Below are positions 10,288 to 20,972 of a DNA stretch of 64,000 bases, piece by piece. The translations under genes were made by a program, and so were the position numbers. The number at the start of each line of letters is the position of its first letter. Position 1 is the stretch's first letter. The notes beneath the pieces were generated by a model. It had not been told where the DNA came from. It did no database searches and was given only the letters and a program-made list of their open reading frames with translations. This DNA comes from a bacterium (GTDB lineage: Bacteria; DRYD01): the NCBI GenBank assembly GCA_030549815.1, contig JAUQQQ010000005.1, forward strand, positions 6,739 through 70,738, read 5' to 3'.

Positions 10288-11833
10288 GATAATCTCATTT
10301 TTGGTTTCTTTCTCCCTACTTTTTTTGATCTCAATCCTTATTTTATTTTTCTTTTCAAACACATCAATTAAATACTATATTGATACAAAAAAAAGCGAAT
10401 TAAAATCATACGGACAGTTAATTAAAAACGTCTTAGAAAACACAGATTTATTCACCTTACAAAACAAGGACAATACATTCAACATTTTTCCCCAAATTCC
10501 CGAATATGCTTATTTCATAATATTTGACAAAGATTACAACGTAGTTTTCTATTTTCCTTATTATTTTGAGGTTGACAAAGAGTTTTTAAAAAAATATTCA
10601 CAGGATAAAGAAAAAATAGTAGAAGACAAAAAAAATTACCTGATAACATATTTTTCTCCAATTTTTATAAAAAATGAGCCATATATGTTAGCAATAGAAA
10701 TGGATCTAAGTTTGATAAAGGAGTTTCAAAAAAGCTTATTAAAAACAATTGTATATCTATTACCTATTAACGTTTTATTGTCTTTCATATTTTCACTACT
10801 ATTTTCCAACATAGTAATTAAAAGGTTGGGATTAATAAGGGATTTCGCTGTCAAAGTCGCACTTGGAAATATATACTACAACGCAGAATATAATTACAAG
10901 GACGAATTAGAAGACGTTTTTAGGAGTATAAAAATAATGAAAAATAACTTAATAAAATTAATAAAAGATGTAGAGAATTCCCAGAAAACTTTGAAAAATA
11001 TCTTAACATCATTACCATTTACTATATTTTTGATCGATAAAAATACAAAAAACTTTACTGTTTTAAATAATTTCTACAATCTGAATGTGGATGTTTTTTT
11101 TAACAGGATTGAAAAAGAAGATATAATTGAAGAAAATAGCAAGAAATTCAAGGTAATGAAAATAGATATAAAAGAAGGTTTACTGGTAATAATTATTGAT
11201 TTTACAGAAATCTATGAAATCGAGAAGATTAAGCTGAAATTTTTAAGTGAGATATCACACGATTTAAGAACACCAATTGCTACAACAAAAGCAATAATTT
11301 CCAACATTAAAGATGAAAGGGTAGATAAAGCATTAGAATATCTCGACAAAATGGCTGAAATGGTTAATAAATATCTTTATTACTCCAAGATAAAATTAAG
11401 GAAAATAGAAATAAATTTGGAAAAAGTTAGTTTAATGGATTTAGTTGAAATAGTAAGTGATACGGCATCTTTTTTTTCACTTGATTTCTCTAAGCCTGAC
11501 AATATTCCCGACAGAAAAGTAAAAATGGATATATCTCTTTTCCAGCAAATGCTATTTAACCTACTTGATAACTCAACAAAAAAATCAAAACAAGTTAATA
11601 TAAGAATTAATTTTACAGAAAATGTGGTCGAGGTTTTAATAGAAAATGAAGCAAAATACGAAGATTATGAAAACGTAACAAATATATTCAAAGGATTGAA
11701 GGAAAGCAAAGGAATTGGTCTAAATATTATTAAAGAGATATCAATGATTAATAACTTTTCTATCGATATTCTGTATGAAAACGGTTATATAATCTTCAAA
11801 ACGTCAATACCTTATGCATCCGATCTTATTTAA
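10277..11833 (+). CDS. Sensor histidine kinase (membrane)
   Basis: N-terminal TM helix, a periplasmic region and a second TM. H-box LSEISHDLRTPIA. C-terminal HATPase-like region (N-box LLDNSTK, G-box GIGLNII). No adjacent response regulator. Confidence 0.7.
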   Translation: MSIRIISFLVSFSLLFLISILILFFFSNTSIKYYIDTKKSELKSYGQLIKNVLENTDLFTLQNKDNTFNIFPQIPEYAYFIIFDKDYNVVFYFPYYFEVDKEFLKKYSQDKEKIVEDKKNYLITYFSPIFIKNEPYMLAIEMDLSLIKEFQKSLLKTIVYLLPINVLLSFIFSLLFSNIVIKRLGLIRDFAVKVALGNIYYNAEYNYKDELEDVFRSIKIMKNNLIKLIKDVENSQKTLKNILTSLPFTIFLIDKNTKNFTVLNNFYNLNVDVFFNRIEKEDIIEENSKKFKVMKIDIKEGLLVIIIDFTEIYEIEKIKLKFLSEISHDLRTPIATTKAIISNIKDERVDKALEYLDKMAEMVNKYLYYSKIKLRKIEINLEKVSLMDLVEIVSDTASFFSLDFSKPDNIPDRKVKMDISLFQQMLFNLLDNSTKKSKQVNIRINFTENVVEVLIENEAKYEDYENVTNIFKGLKESKGIGLNIIKEISMINNFSIDILYENGYIIFKTSIPYASDLI

Positions 11834-12551
11834 AATAGGGAATTTAACAATCTATACTTACGGAACCATACTTTACATCGATATATTAGCTTCTTTATAT
11901 CTTCTTTCAATTTATTATAAAAAATTCATCGATACCTCCTTTGATAGTATATTTAACTCATTTATTATTTTGCTTTTGTCTATGTACTTAGGTGGAAAAA
12001 TAGGATACTCCATCTTTAATGAAACAAGTTTAGATAGTTTTATAATAAGCACTATAAATCCGTTTGAAGGTGGTTTAACAATAATAGGGGCAATATTTGG
12101 GGGCATATTAGGAGTTGTTTTAAGTGCAAAAATTCATAAACTTGACACTTTAAGACTACTTGATACTTTTTCATTTATTGCTCCCTTTAGTATTTTCATA
12201 GGAAGAATAGGATGTTTAATGGCAGGCTGTTGCTATGGAAAACCAAGCACATGGGGAATAGAATTACACGGCTGCATAAGATATCCTACTCAATTATTTG
12301 AAAGCATACTTTCTTTGTTTATTTTCATTTATTTCTTATATTCATTAAAGGGGACAAATCAAACAAGAGGTATTTATTTATTTAAATTTCTCATTCTTTA
12401 TGGTATTGTAAGATTTTTTGTTGAATATTTCAGAGAATCACAAATAATATTCTTATCTTTGTCTTTAGCACAAATATTTTCCCTATTTATGATAACTACG
12501 GGGTTAATTGGAATAATTTTACTAAAAAGGAAAGGAGAAAGAAAAGTATGA
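11814..12551 (+). CDS. lgt: Prolipoprotein diacylglyceryl transferase
   Basis: Lgt-type N-terminus (HPILFKIGNLTIYTYG). Polytopic membrane protein with the conserved G-R-x-G-C/N core (GRIGCLMAGCCYGKP) and Y-P-T-Q-L-F-E block. Confidence 0.7.
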   Translation: MHPILFKIGNLTIYTYGTILYIDILASLYLLSIYYKKFIDTSFDSIFNSFIILLLSMYLGGKIGYSIFNETSLDSFIISTINPFEGGLTIIGAIFGGILGVVLSAKIHKLDTLRLLDTFSFIAPFSIFIGRIGCLMAGCCYGKPSTWGIELHGCIRYPTQLFESILSLFIFIYFLYSLKGTNQTRGIYLFKFLILYGIVRFFVEYFRESQIIFLSLSLAQIFSLFMITTGLIGIILLKRKGERKV

Positions 12552-12955
12552 TAGAAATTAACTTAACAACAAAAAATAGGGAAGAATTTATCGATATTAC
12601 TGAAAAATTAATCAATGTGATAAACCAAGAAATAGAAAAAGAAAACATAAAAGATGGTATAGTAGTTATATATGTTCCACACACAACTGCTGGTTGCGTA
12701 ATTAATGAAAACGCAGATCCTTCAGTAAAAAAAGACATTTTAGAATTTCTAAATACCCATATACCAAGAGATAAGAAATATCATCATACAGAAGGGAATG
12801 CAGATGCACACATAAAAGCATCGATAATTGGTAATTCTTTGAATTTAATAATATCCGGAGGAAAAGTAATTTTAGGTTCTTGGCAAGGAATATTTTTCTG
12901 CGAGTTTGATGGCCCAAGAACACGAAAAATTTTTGTCCAAGTTATAAAGAAGTAA
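12548..12955 (+). CDS. YjbQ/UPF0047 family protein (secondary thiamine-phosphate synthase-like)
   Basis: VPHTTAG, ENADPSV, HHTEGNADAHIKASIIG and the SWQGIFFCEFDGPRTR motif are typical of the YjbQ family. Confidence 0.8.
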   Translation: MIEINLTTKNREEFIDITEKLINVINQEIEKENIKDGIVVIYVPHTTAGCVINENADPSVKKDILEFLNTHIPRDKKYHHTEGNADAHIKASIIGNSLNLIISGGKVILGSWQGIFFCEFDGPRTRKIFVQVIKK

Positions 12956-12968
12956 AGGAGAAAACAAA

Positions 12969-13763
12969 ATGAAAGTAGGAATATACACAACAGTAGCTGT
13001 AGAAGCAGCTTTTAAAGCAGGAGAAATACTAAAAAAATACTACAGAAAAAGCTTCGAATACCACTATAAAGGATATAGAAATCCTGTAACACAAGCAGAT
13101 ATTGAATCCCAAGAAGAAATAAAAAGAATAATAAAATCAAATTTCAAGAATCATAGAATATTGGCAGAAGAGGATTGGAATGAAGGAAAAGTAGATTTCG
13201 ATGGTTTTTGGTGGATTATAGATCCATTAGATGGCACCGTTAATTTCAGAAAAGGGTTTCCATTTTTTTGTGTCTCTATAGCACTTGCCAAAGATCAAGA
13301 AATCCTATTGGGAGTTATTTACTTACCTATCTTAGATGAACTATTTTTGGCTGAAAAAGGACAAGGCAGCTATTTTAACGATAGAAAAATAAGTGTATCA
13401 AATGTTGATACTTTAGAAAAGAGTGTATTAGCAACAGGTTTTAGTTATGCATTGGTAAATAATCCAGATCCACATATAGAACTATTTAAGAATTTATCAG
13501 TAAAGACAGAAGCGATAAGGAGAGCAGGTAGTGCAGCCATAGATTTAGCATACACAGCAATGGGCGTATTCGATGGTTTCTGGGAATTCGACCTAAAACC
13601 CTGGGATACAGCAGCAGGAGTTATATTAGTTAAGGAAGCAAACGGAAAAGTAAGCGATTATTACGGAAATGAATTTTCATTATGGAGTAAAACCATAGTT
13701 GCTTCTAACGGAAAAATACATGATCAAATAATTAATCATACAAAAGAAGTAAAAATTGAGTAA
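12969..13763 (+). CDS. Inositol monophosphatase family protein (SuhB/IMPase-like)
   Basis: WIIDPLDGTVNFRKGFPFFCVSIAL (IMPase motif A, metal ligands). AGSAAIDLAYTAMGVFDGFWE (motif B). Confidence 0.85.
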   Translation: MKVGIYTTVAVEAAFKAGEILKKYYRKSFEYHYKGYRNPVTQADIESQEEIKRIIKSNFKNHRILAEEDWNEGKVDFDGFWWIIDPLDGTVNFRKGFPFFCVSIALAKDQEILLGVIYLPILDELFLAEKGQGSYFNDRKISVSNVDTLEKSVLATGFSYALVNNPDPHIELFKNLSVKTEAIRRAGSAAIDLAYTAMGVFDGFWEFDLKPWDTAAGVILVKEANGKVSDYYGNEFSLWSKTIVASNGKIHDQIINHTKEVKIE

Positions 13764-14673
13764 TAAAAATATAATTTTCACACTACTTTTTGTTTTCGCA
13801 TTACTTTGCTTATGTTTTCCTCATAACAATAAATACAAAGAAATTGACGAGTTTTTATACGGTATAGAAAAAATTTATTATGAAGATTTATTCATCAAAA
13901 GGGATATATACACTGTAGAAAATTTAAAAAATTACTTTTTAGAAAGATGTGGCAAGAGTAAAGAAGAAGCATTCAAAGAAACTCTGTATACATTTGTTAA
14001 AGATCCGTTCTTAGAAATAAGAGAAAAACAAGTTTTTGAAAGCAACTACTACAAAGAAAGAGATGTAGAAAATGACATTAAGATAAAAAAGGTTGATGAA
14101 AATATTTATTTAATTACTTTTTATCAAATCAGCCCAAATATGGCAAAAAAATACAAAGAATATTTAACTCAGAATATTGATAAAAATAGCGTAATAATAA
14201 TAGATTTAACGAACAATTTAGGTGGGAGTCTATGGTCCGCCGCATTTTTTATAAGTTTATTCTTTGAACCAAATACTTATTTATTTTCTGTTAATTTCCT
14301 AAAGAAGAACGGGATAAAAACACAGAATTTTTACAATAGTGCAGATTTTGGTGGATATTTTGTCAATAATTTAGTGGCAGTTTTACAGGATGATACTACT
14401 GTAAGTGCAGCAGAAGTTATTAGCGGTGTTTTAAAAAAGAGAGCCTTAATTTTCGGTGATCTTACCTTCGGAAAACCTTATATCCAAAGTGTATTTGATG
14501 TAGGGAATTTAACGATAGTTTACACGAATGCTTTTTTAAATTTTTCATTAGAATTAGAGCCACATAGCAAAATAAGACCTGATTTTTACTTAAACCCTAA
14601 AGAAATCGAAAAAAAAATTATAATCCAATTAGTTAGAAAATTAAATTTTTTTCTAAGTAATAAAGGTGGTTAA
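13756..14673 (+). CDS. Secreted S41-like peptidase domain protein (C-terminal processing peptidase-like)
   Basis: Signal-peptide-like N-terminus. IIDLTNNLGGSL, TTVSAAEVISGVL (the G.SASAAE catalytic Ser block) and LTFGKPYIQSVF (the TFGKG.VQ catalytic Lys block) resemble S41 peptidases. No clear PDZ domain. Confidence 0.5.
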   Translation: MSNKNIIFTLLFVFALLCLCFPHNNKYKEIDEFLYGIEKIYYEDLFIKRDIYTVENLKNYFLERCGKSKEEAFKETLYTFVKDPFLEIREKQVFESNYYKERDVENDIKIKKVDENIYLITFYQISPNMAKKYKEYLTQNIDKNSVIIIDLTNNLGGSLWSAAFFISLFFEPNTYLFSVNFLKKNGIKTQNFYNSADFGGYFVNNLVAVLQDDTTVSAAEVISGVLKKRALIFGDLTFGKPYIQSVFDVGNLTIVYTNAFLNFSLELEPHSKIRPDFYLNPKEIEKKIIIQLVRKLNFFLSNKGG

Positions 14674-14772
14674 TATAATTTAAAAAGTTTGTAAAAAAAA
14701 ATTAACATTTTTTTAACAAAATAAAGAAAAACTAAAAAAGAGGAAAGAAAATTTTAAAAGGGGGAAAAACAA

Positions 14773-15792
14773 ATGTTTAATCTCAATCCAAATAATGCTC
14801 CAATCTTTCAAGGGCAACAAATAAATCCACAAGCAAATCAATCTCAACCAAATGTACAAAATACCTCATCCGATCCTTTTGATAAATTGCTAAATAAATC
14901 TCTAAATGACCAATCCAATAAACAAATAACAACAGATACAAATTTAGAAAACTACAGAAAACAAATAGAACAATTAGATTTAGAACAGTTAAGAATGGAA
15001 AGAAGAAGATTAGTAGATCTAATAGTTAAATACATGAACGAAGGTAAAAGGGATTTGTTAGATGAGGCACAAAAGAAATATAAAATAGCAGTGCAAGTTA
15101 GTGATAGTAAAGTAATGAACTTTTCTGCTGCTTCGATAGCAGAAAAAAAACAAGAACAAAACATTGCCCAAGTATCAAAAGATGATTTCTTGAAAAAGCT
15201 TCAAGAATCTGATATCCTTCCTCCTGACAATTCAACTCCACCAACAATACCTCAACAAACATCGATATCTCAACAAAATAATATCATAAATACAACAGAC
15301 ACGCAAGTATCATCAGCCAATCCAAATGTTCAAATGCTCTCCATACCAAACATTAACAATCAAACAAATCTACAAGGAATGGTAAATCCTAATCAAGGTC
15401 AAAATTTTCAACAACAAAGTTTAATAAACACCTTAAATTCTATGAATCCCAATCAAATTAATACGCTCTTTTCCAATCCTCAAGGAATATTTAATTCTTT
15501 AAATACTTTAAATAATACTAATCAAGCAGGAGTAGTTGGGCAAAGTGTACCCATGAATCCAGGGATTAATAATCCTTTTAATCCTTCATTTTCTAACATT
15601 TTACTAAATGCAGTAAATCCAGTTAATCCTTTTTCCCCATTAATAACGAGTTACGGAGTTTATGCACCAGGGCTAAGAAATAATCCAACGATGAACGCTT
15701 ATTTAAACGGAGAACTTTACCCTACAGATATGGCAGATTTAGGAGTATGGTCAGTACTCAATAAAGAATTATTCACAAAAAACGAAGAATAA
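14773..15792 (+). CDS. Q/N/P-rich low-complexity protein (hypothetical)
   Basis: 339-aa ORF with a strong SD (AAAGGGGG) 8 nt upstream. Extreme Asn/Gln/Pro bias with a short charged helical segment (residues about 60-110). Confidence 0.45.
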   Translation: MFNLNPNNAPIFQGQQINPQANQSQPNVQNTSSDPFDKLLNKSLNDQSNKQITTDTNLENYRKQIEQLDLEQLRMERRRLVDLIVKYMNEGKRDLLDEAQKKYKIAVQVSDSKVMNFSAASIAEKKQEQNIAQVSKDDFLKKLQESDILPPDNSTPPTIPQQTSISQQNNIINTTDTQVSSANPNVQMLSIPNINNQTNLQGMVNPNQGQNFQQQSLINTLNSMNPNQINTLFSNPQGIFNSLNTLNNTNQAGVVGQSVPMNPGINNPFNPSFSNILLNAVNPVNPFSPLITSYGVYAPGLRNNPTMNAYLNGELYPTDMADLGVWSVLNKELFTKNEE

Positions 15793-15938
15793 AATTATAT
15801 CCACAAAATAAAGTTTTCTTTTCTCGTAGTTTTTCCTTTATTGTCAACGGTTTGCTTTTTCTAAATTTTCGTCCAACAGCCCCTTAATTGTTTCATTCTA
15901 AAGGATTAAAAAAGTATGAAATAGAATTATAAAATTGT

Positions 15939-17384
15939 ATGAGGAGAGTATTAATTGCAAATAGAGGAGAAATTGCAGTTAGGATAATTAACACTCTTAA
16001 GAAATTAGGTGTTTACACAATTGCCATACACTCAGAAGTAGATAAACATAGTAAACATGTAAGGTTAGCAAACGAAAGTTATAATTTAGTTGATACATAT
16101 TGCTATCTTGATATTGAAAAAATAATAGAAACGGCAAAGAAAGCAAAGGCTGATGCAATTCATCCAGGCTATGGTTTCTTATCTGAAAATTATTTATTTG
16201 CAAAAGCATGCGAAGAGAATAATATAACTTTCATTGGTCCAAATTATAAAGTAATAGAGCAATTAGGGGACAAAGTTTTAGCAAGAAAGATAGCAGAAGA
16301 ATCAAATGTTCCTATACCGCCTGGCAAAAACATAAGCAATGCAGAAAGTTTTGAAAATATAGTTAAGGAAGCTAAAGAAATAGGTTTTCCAATAATGATA
16401 AAAGCAGCCAAAGGAGGAGGAGGTAAAGGAATAAGAACAGTTTATTCCGAAAGTCAATTGTTTGAAGCAATTCAAGCTGCAAAAAGAGAAGCTCTAACAG
16501 CATTCAAAGATGATTCAATTTATATTGAAAAATTTTTCGAAAGTCCCCGACATATCGAAGTCCAAATATTTGGAGATAACCATGGAAACGTTATTCATCT
16601 TAATGTCAGAGAATGCTCTATTCAAAGAAAACATCAAAAACTAATAGAAGAGGCGCCAGCGTTAGACGAAGAATTAAGAGAACAAATTTGCCAAGCAGCA
16701 ATTAGGATAGCCAAAAAAGTTGGATACTACAACGCAGGTACCGTAGAGTTTATATTCAAAGATAATAAGTTTTACTTCTTAGAGGTCAATACAAGGCTAC
16801 AAGTTGAACACCCTGTTACAGAAATGATAACAGGATTGGATTTAGTAGAATTGCAATACAATATAGCTTTCGGTGGTTATGTTCCAAAGCAAGTTAATTT
16901 CAATGGACATGCTATAGAATGCCGGATAACTGCAGAAGATCCGGAAAATAACTTCATTCCAGTGTCTGGGAAAATATCAGTTTTTGAATATCCACAAAAT
17001 GTAAGAATAGATACATTTATAGAAGAGGGAACAGAAATACCACCTTATTACGATTCACTAATATGTAAAGTCATCGTCAAAGGTAACAATAGGAATGAAG
17101 CAATAGAAAACATGACATACGCACTGAAAAACTTAATTATCCTACCATTAAAAACAAACAAAAGCTTATTATTGGATATAATTAAATCAGAAGCATTCAA
17201 AAAAGGCGACGTTAGCACAGATTTTATACCAAGATATTTTAGTAACTGGAAAGAAAGTTTTGATAATGTATTAAACGAGGAATTAATAAGTGGATTTTTA
17301 AGTAAATATAGAGAACTAATGATTAATAAAAATATTTCAAATAGTTATAAAAAAGAACATAACTTGGAGATGTGGATGGTATGA
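15939..17384 (+). CDS. accC: Biotin carboxylase (acetyl-CoA / pyruvate carboxylase subunit A)
   Basis: [18 protein letters not shown]-terminus. ATP-grasp glycine loop [26 protein letters not shown] and ECRITAEDP blocks of biotin carboxylases. Confidence 0.85.
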   Translation: MRRVLIANRGEIAVRIINTLKKLGVYTIAIHSEVDKHSKHVRLANESYNLVDTYCYLDIEKIIETAKKAKADAIHPGYGFLSENYLFAKACEENNITFIGPNYKVIEQLGDKVLARKIAEESNVPIPPGKNISNAESFENIVKEAKEIGFPIMIKAAKGGGGKGIRTVYSESQLFEAIQAAKREALTAFKDDSIYIEKFFESPRHIEVQIFGDNHGNVIHLNVRECSIQRKHQKLIEEAPALDEELREQICQAAIRIAKKVGYYNAGTVEFIFKDNKFYFLEVNTRLQVEHPVTEMITGLDLVELQYNIAFGGYVPKQVNFNGHAIECRITAEDPENNFIPVSGKISVFEYPQNVRIDTFIEEGTEIPPYYDSLICKVIVKGNNRNEAIENMTYALKNLIILPLKTNKSLLLDIIKSEAFKKGDVSTDFIPRYFSNWKESFDNVLNEELISGFLSKYRELMINKNISNSYKKEHNLEMWMV

Positions 17385-19777
17385 CAAAGTTATTAGAAGC
17401 AAATTTTGTAGATGAATTAAAAAACAGTTATATAGACTATTCCTTAAGTGTTTTATTATCCCGTGCATTACCAGATGTAAGGGATGGTTTAAAACCTGTA
17501 CAAAGAAGAATTTTATATGCAATGTATGAGATGAATTTATTACCGGATTCTGGTTTCAAAAAATGTGCAAGTGTTGTTGGTGAAGTTTTGGGCAAGTATC
17601 ATCCTCATGGAGATAGTTCAGTTTATGAAGCTTTAGTTAGGATGGCTCAAGATTTTACACTTAACTATCCATTAGTATGGGGACAAGGAAATTTTGGGTC
17701 GATAGATGGAGATCCCGCAGCAGCATACAGATATACAGAAGCTAAATTAACAGAAATCGGATACTTAATGCTAAAAGACATAGATTTAAATACAGTTGAT
17801 TTTAGGAATAACTTTGATGATTCAACTGAAGAACCTGTTGTCTTACCAGCTGCTTTTCCAAATTTGTTAGTCAATGGTTCAACAGGTATAGCAGTAGGAA
17901 TGACAACCAATATTCCTCCTCATAATCTTAATGAAGTTATTGATGCATGCATCTTAGTTCTTGAGAAACCAAACGTCAGCATAAAAGAGATCTTAGAAGT
18001 TATAAAAGGTCCAGATTTTCCTACAGGAGGAATAGTATACACATCGAAAATAATCAAATCAATCTACTCAACAGGAAAAGGAATAATAAAAGTTGAAGGA
18101 AAATATAAGATCGAAACGATTGAAAAGAAAGATTACTTGGTTATTTACGAAATACCCTATTCCGTTAATAAATCAAAGTTAGTAAGAGAAATAGCTGAAG
18201 CAATAAAAGATAAAAAGTTGCCAGATGTTTCAGATGTAATAGACCAAAGTAATAACAAGGAAATAAGAATACTTTTAGAATTAAAAAATCCTTATAATCA
18301 GAAAAACATCGTTGATTATTTAAAAAACTTTACTTCTTTTAGGATAACATTCTACTGTGCTTTTATCGCGGTAGATGGGCATATACCAAGACAGTATTCC
18401 ATTCTTGAATTAATACAGAAATATGTTGAACACAGAAGAGAAATAGTAATAAGAAGAACAAAAGAGATACTTGAAAGCAATTCCAAAAAAGCATTCCTTT
18501 TAAAAGCATTAATAAAAGCAACAAAAAATATCGATAAAGTTATAGAAATAATAAAAAACAGTCAAGATTATAAAACAGCAGCTTATAATTTAATATCAGA
18601 ACTACAGATAAATTATAAACAAGCAGAATACATCCTTAATTTGCAATTACACAGATTGACAAAATTAGAGATAAATAAACTGTTAGAAGATTATAAACAA
18701 ACTATGAAAAAAATAGAGGAATTGGCTCAAATCTTGGATAATGAAAAAAAATTAAAGGAAGTGATTAAAAAAGAACTAATAGAGATAAAAGAAAAGTATG
18801 GTAAAGAGAGAAAAACGGAGATAGCAAAGGATGATGATTTCAAGCAAATAAAGATTGAGAAACCCCAAATTGTTGAAGATTTATTAGTATTAGGTTTCTC
18901 TAACGGATACCTTAGTTCTTTTAAATCGTCGACCAAGTTAGAAAAAATATTTGCCAATGTTGGACCTTATAATTTTATTACTTCCCTTATTGAAATAGCT
19001 TCAAATCAAAAAATCATCGTATTTTTATCAAACGGAAAGTATGCAATATTTGATTTATCTAAATTTATAGATAGTTCTGTATTTTTACCAAAACTTTATA
19101 AAGCTGAAGATAATACCAAAGCAATATTTTTAACAACTACAAAAAAGATTCAAAAATATTCGAAATTTATAATTTTAACCAAAAAAGGAATAGTTAAAGC
19201 AGTTAATTCAAAAGAATTAGCCGATATAACGAGGATAAGTTTATACATTAAATTGGATGAAACTAAATCTGATGAAATTGAAAACAATCAAAAAGACGAA
19301 GTAATTAGAATTATGCCATTTCAAGAAAATTCATTCATTTTAGGTTTGACAGAGATGGGATACGCTTTTAAAGTAAACTCAAACGAAATACCAGAATACT
19401 CAAAAAGTTCAAAAGGTGTGAAAATTGTGGGTTTAAAAGAAAATGATAACATTTATTTAGCAGACGTTGTTAGTAATCTCTTTACTCCTAAAGTAGTTTT
19501 CCTTACAAATGATGGTATTTTGAGTATTGATAATATTGAAGTTTTATCACGAGGAAAAGCAATAACTGAAAAAAATAGAATTTTACCTAAGAATGTTAAG
19601 TTAAAAGCATCTCATTTTACAAGCACTGCCCTATTTTCAAATGATAAGTCAAAATATAATTTAGTATTTTCTGAAGATGGAGTTGTTTTGGTAAATAATT
19701 TTGACGAAAAACAAAATTTATTAAATAATGCAAATCTTGTAAATTATTTAGGTGAAGTTTCGATAAAAAAATTATAG
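17372..19777 (+). CDS. gyrA: Type IIA topoisomerase A subunit (GyrA/ParC family)
   Basis: [19 protein letters not shown] and active-site [11 protein letters not shown] (catalytic Tyr). 801 aa. The C-terminal roughly 300 aa is divergent, with no clear GyrA-box. The 5' end overlaps accC by 13 nt. Confidence 0.7.
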   Translation: MDGMTKLLEANFVDELKNSYIDYSLSVLLSRALPDVRDGLKPVQRRILYAMYEMNLLPDSGFKKCASVVGEVLGKYHPHGDSSVYEALVRMAQDFTLNYPLVWGQGNFGSIDGDPAAAYRYTEAKLTEIGYLMLKDIDLNTVDFRNNFDDSTEEPVVLPAAFPNLLVNGSTGIAVGMTTNIPPHNLNEVIDACILVLEKPNVSIKEILEVIKGPDFPTGGIVYTSKIIKSIYSTGKGIIKVEGKYKIETIEKKDYLVIYEIPYSVNKSKLVREIAEAIKDKKLPDVSDVIDQSNNKEIRILLELKNPYNQKNIVDYLKNFTSFRITFYCAFIAVDGHIPRQYSILELIQKYVEHRREIVIRRTKEILESNSKKAFLLKALIKATKNIDKVIEIIKNSQDYKTAAYNLISELQINYKQAEYILNLQLHRLTKLEINKLLEDYKQTMKKIEELAQILDNEKKLKEVIKKELIEIKEKYGKERKTEIAKDDDFKQIKIEKPQIVEDLLVLGFSNGYLSSFKSSTKLEKIFANVGPYNFITSLIEIASNQKIIVFLSNGKYAIFDLSKFIDSSVFLPKLYKAEDNTKAIFLTTTKKIQKYSKFIILTKKGIVKAVNSKELADITRISLYIKLDETKSDEIENNQKDEVIRIMPFQENSFILGLTEMGYAFKVNSNEIPEYSKSSKGVKIVGLKENDNIYLADVVSNLFTPKVVFLTNDGILSIDNIEVLSRGKAITEKNRILPKNVKLKASHFTSTALFSNDKSKYNLVFSEDGVVLVNNFDEKQNLLNNANLVNYLGEVSIKKL

Positions 19778-20097
19778 CATACCCTGGTATAAGCCAATAT
19801 TCCTACTAATATTAAGGTTCATTTGGGAAAATATTAGTAAAAGTTATTTTCAGATTCAAAGTGAGTTGTTTAGATAATCTACCTAATTCTCCTATAATAT
19901 TAGCTGTTAATTATCATAGTTACATGGTTTCTAACTTTCTATGAATCTATTCCTGTTGCCAATTCCTACTAAATCATACATCCAAAGATCGATAGAATTA
20001 TTAAAACAAGGAAGAAAGATAACATAAAGATTTACCTCAAAAAGAACTACACATCTTATTTGCCAAAACTGTTTTAGAAAGAAGAGTGGTGATTTAA

Positions 20098-20913
20098 ATG
20101 AAAAAACTATACGATTTTATCTACAATTTGCAAAGAAAATTTCCAGACAAGGTTAATCCGAATGATAATTCCCGAGTTTGCTATTTTTTATTATGCAGTT
20201 AATTTTGTAGGAGGAGTAGTAGTTTCCACAAACAGTAATTCCAAGGTTGCAGCAATATTAAAAGAAAATTTTCCAGTTTTTTACAATCTACGGAAATCTA
20301 CAAATTTTGGGATAGTTATCTTAAATAACAAAGAAGATAACCAAAATAAAAAAAATATGGATTTAAAAAAGTTAGGCTTCAATTGATGGAAATATAAAGT
20401 AAAGATATAACGATTTGGCAGTTATAATTTATACTTTTAGGTATAATAAGATTTCCTAAAGATGCGATGTTAAATAATTACAACATAATATCAAATGTTG
20501 TTGCTGTTCAACAAGTTCTTGATTTGTTAATCGATGATGTATTCGTTGGTGCTTTACCATTATTTCATGCTTTTGGTCAAAGGTCATGTATGAACTTACC
20601 GTTATATCTTGGTTGCAGCGTGGTTTTTATTGCTAGTTTTATCCCTCAGCAAGGTTTATCCTTCTGAGGTTGAAAAAATGATATTGGGTTTTGGAGGAAT
20701 TTTAGAATGTGCTGTAATTGGGAAAAAAGATAAGGATAGAGGAGAAGTACTATTGCTTTTGTTGTTCTTCAGATAGATACGAAAGAATTGTTATCATATT
20801 TAAGGAAAAATTTGGCTCCTTACAAAGTGCCTAAAGAAATAATAATAAAAGAAAGGTTTCCAAAATCAAATACAGGTAAAGTTATGAAGAGAGAATTAGT
20901 AAAAGAAAAATAG
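20098..20913 (+). pseudogene. Decayed AMP-dependent synthetase/ligase (acyl-CoA synthetase) gene remnant
   Basis: Three short frames carry AMP-binding family blocks. MKKLYDFIYNLQRKFPDKV is N-terminal type. ALPLFHAFGQ is the LPLFH.FG motif. ECAVIGKKDKDRGEV...LRKNLAPYKVPKEIIIKERFPKSNTGKVMKRELVKEK is the canonical C-terminus. About 0.8 kb remains of an expected roughly 1.6 kb. The blocks are separated by frameshifts, stops and deletions. Confidence 0.6.
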
Positions 20914-20920
20914 ATAAATA

Positions 20921-20950
20921 AAAAAGGGGTGCCTGAAGCACCCCCCACTT
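20921..20950. terminator. Bidirectional rho-independent terminator hairpin
   Basis: GGGGTGC-CTGAA-GCACCCC perfect 7-bp GC-rich stem (20926-20932 with 20938-20944). An A-run precedes it on +, giving a T-run after it on the minus strand. It lies 28 nt downstream of the minus-strand gene stop. Confidence 0.6.
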
Positions 20951-20972
20951 TAAGTTTTAGTAAGTCCTTAGT

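Noticed and set aside
19778-20097. Possible small RNA or tRNA in the 320-nt spacer after gyrA
   Set aside because: No cloverleaf, stable conserved hairpins or terminator could be found by eye. It is interpreted as promoter/relic DNA ahead of the acyl-CoA synthetase pseudogene.
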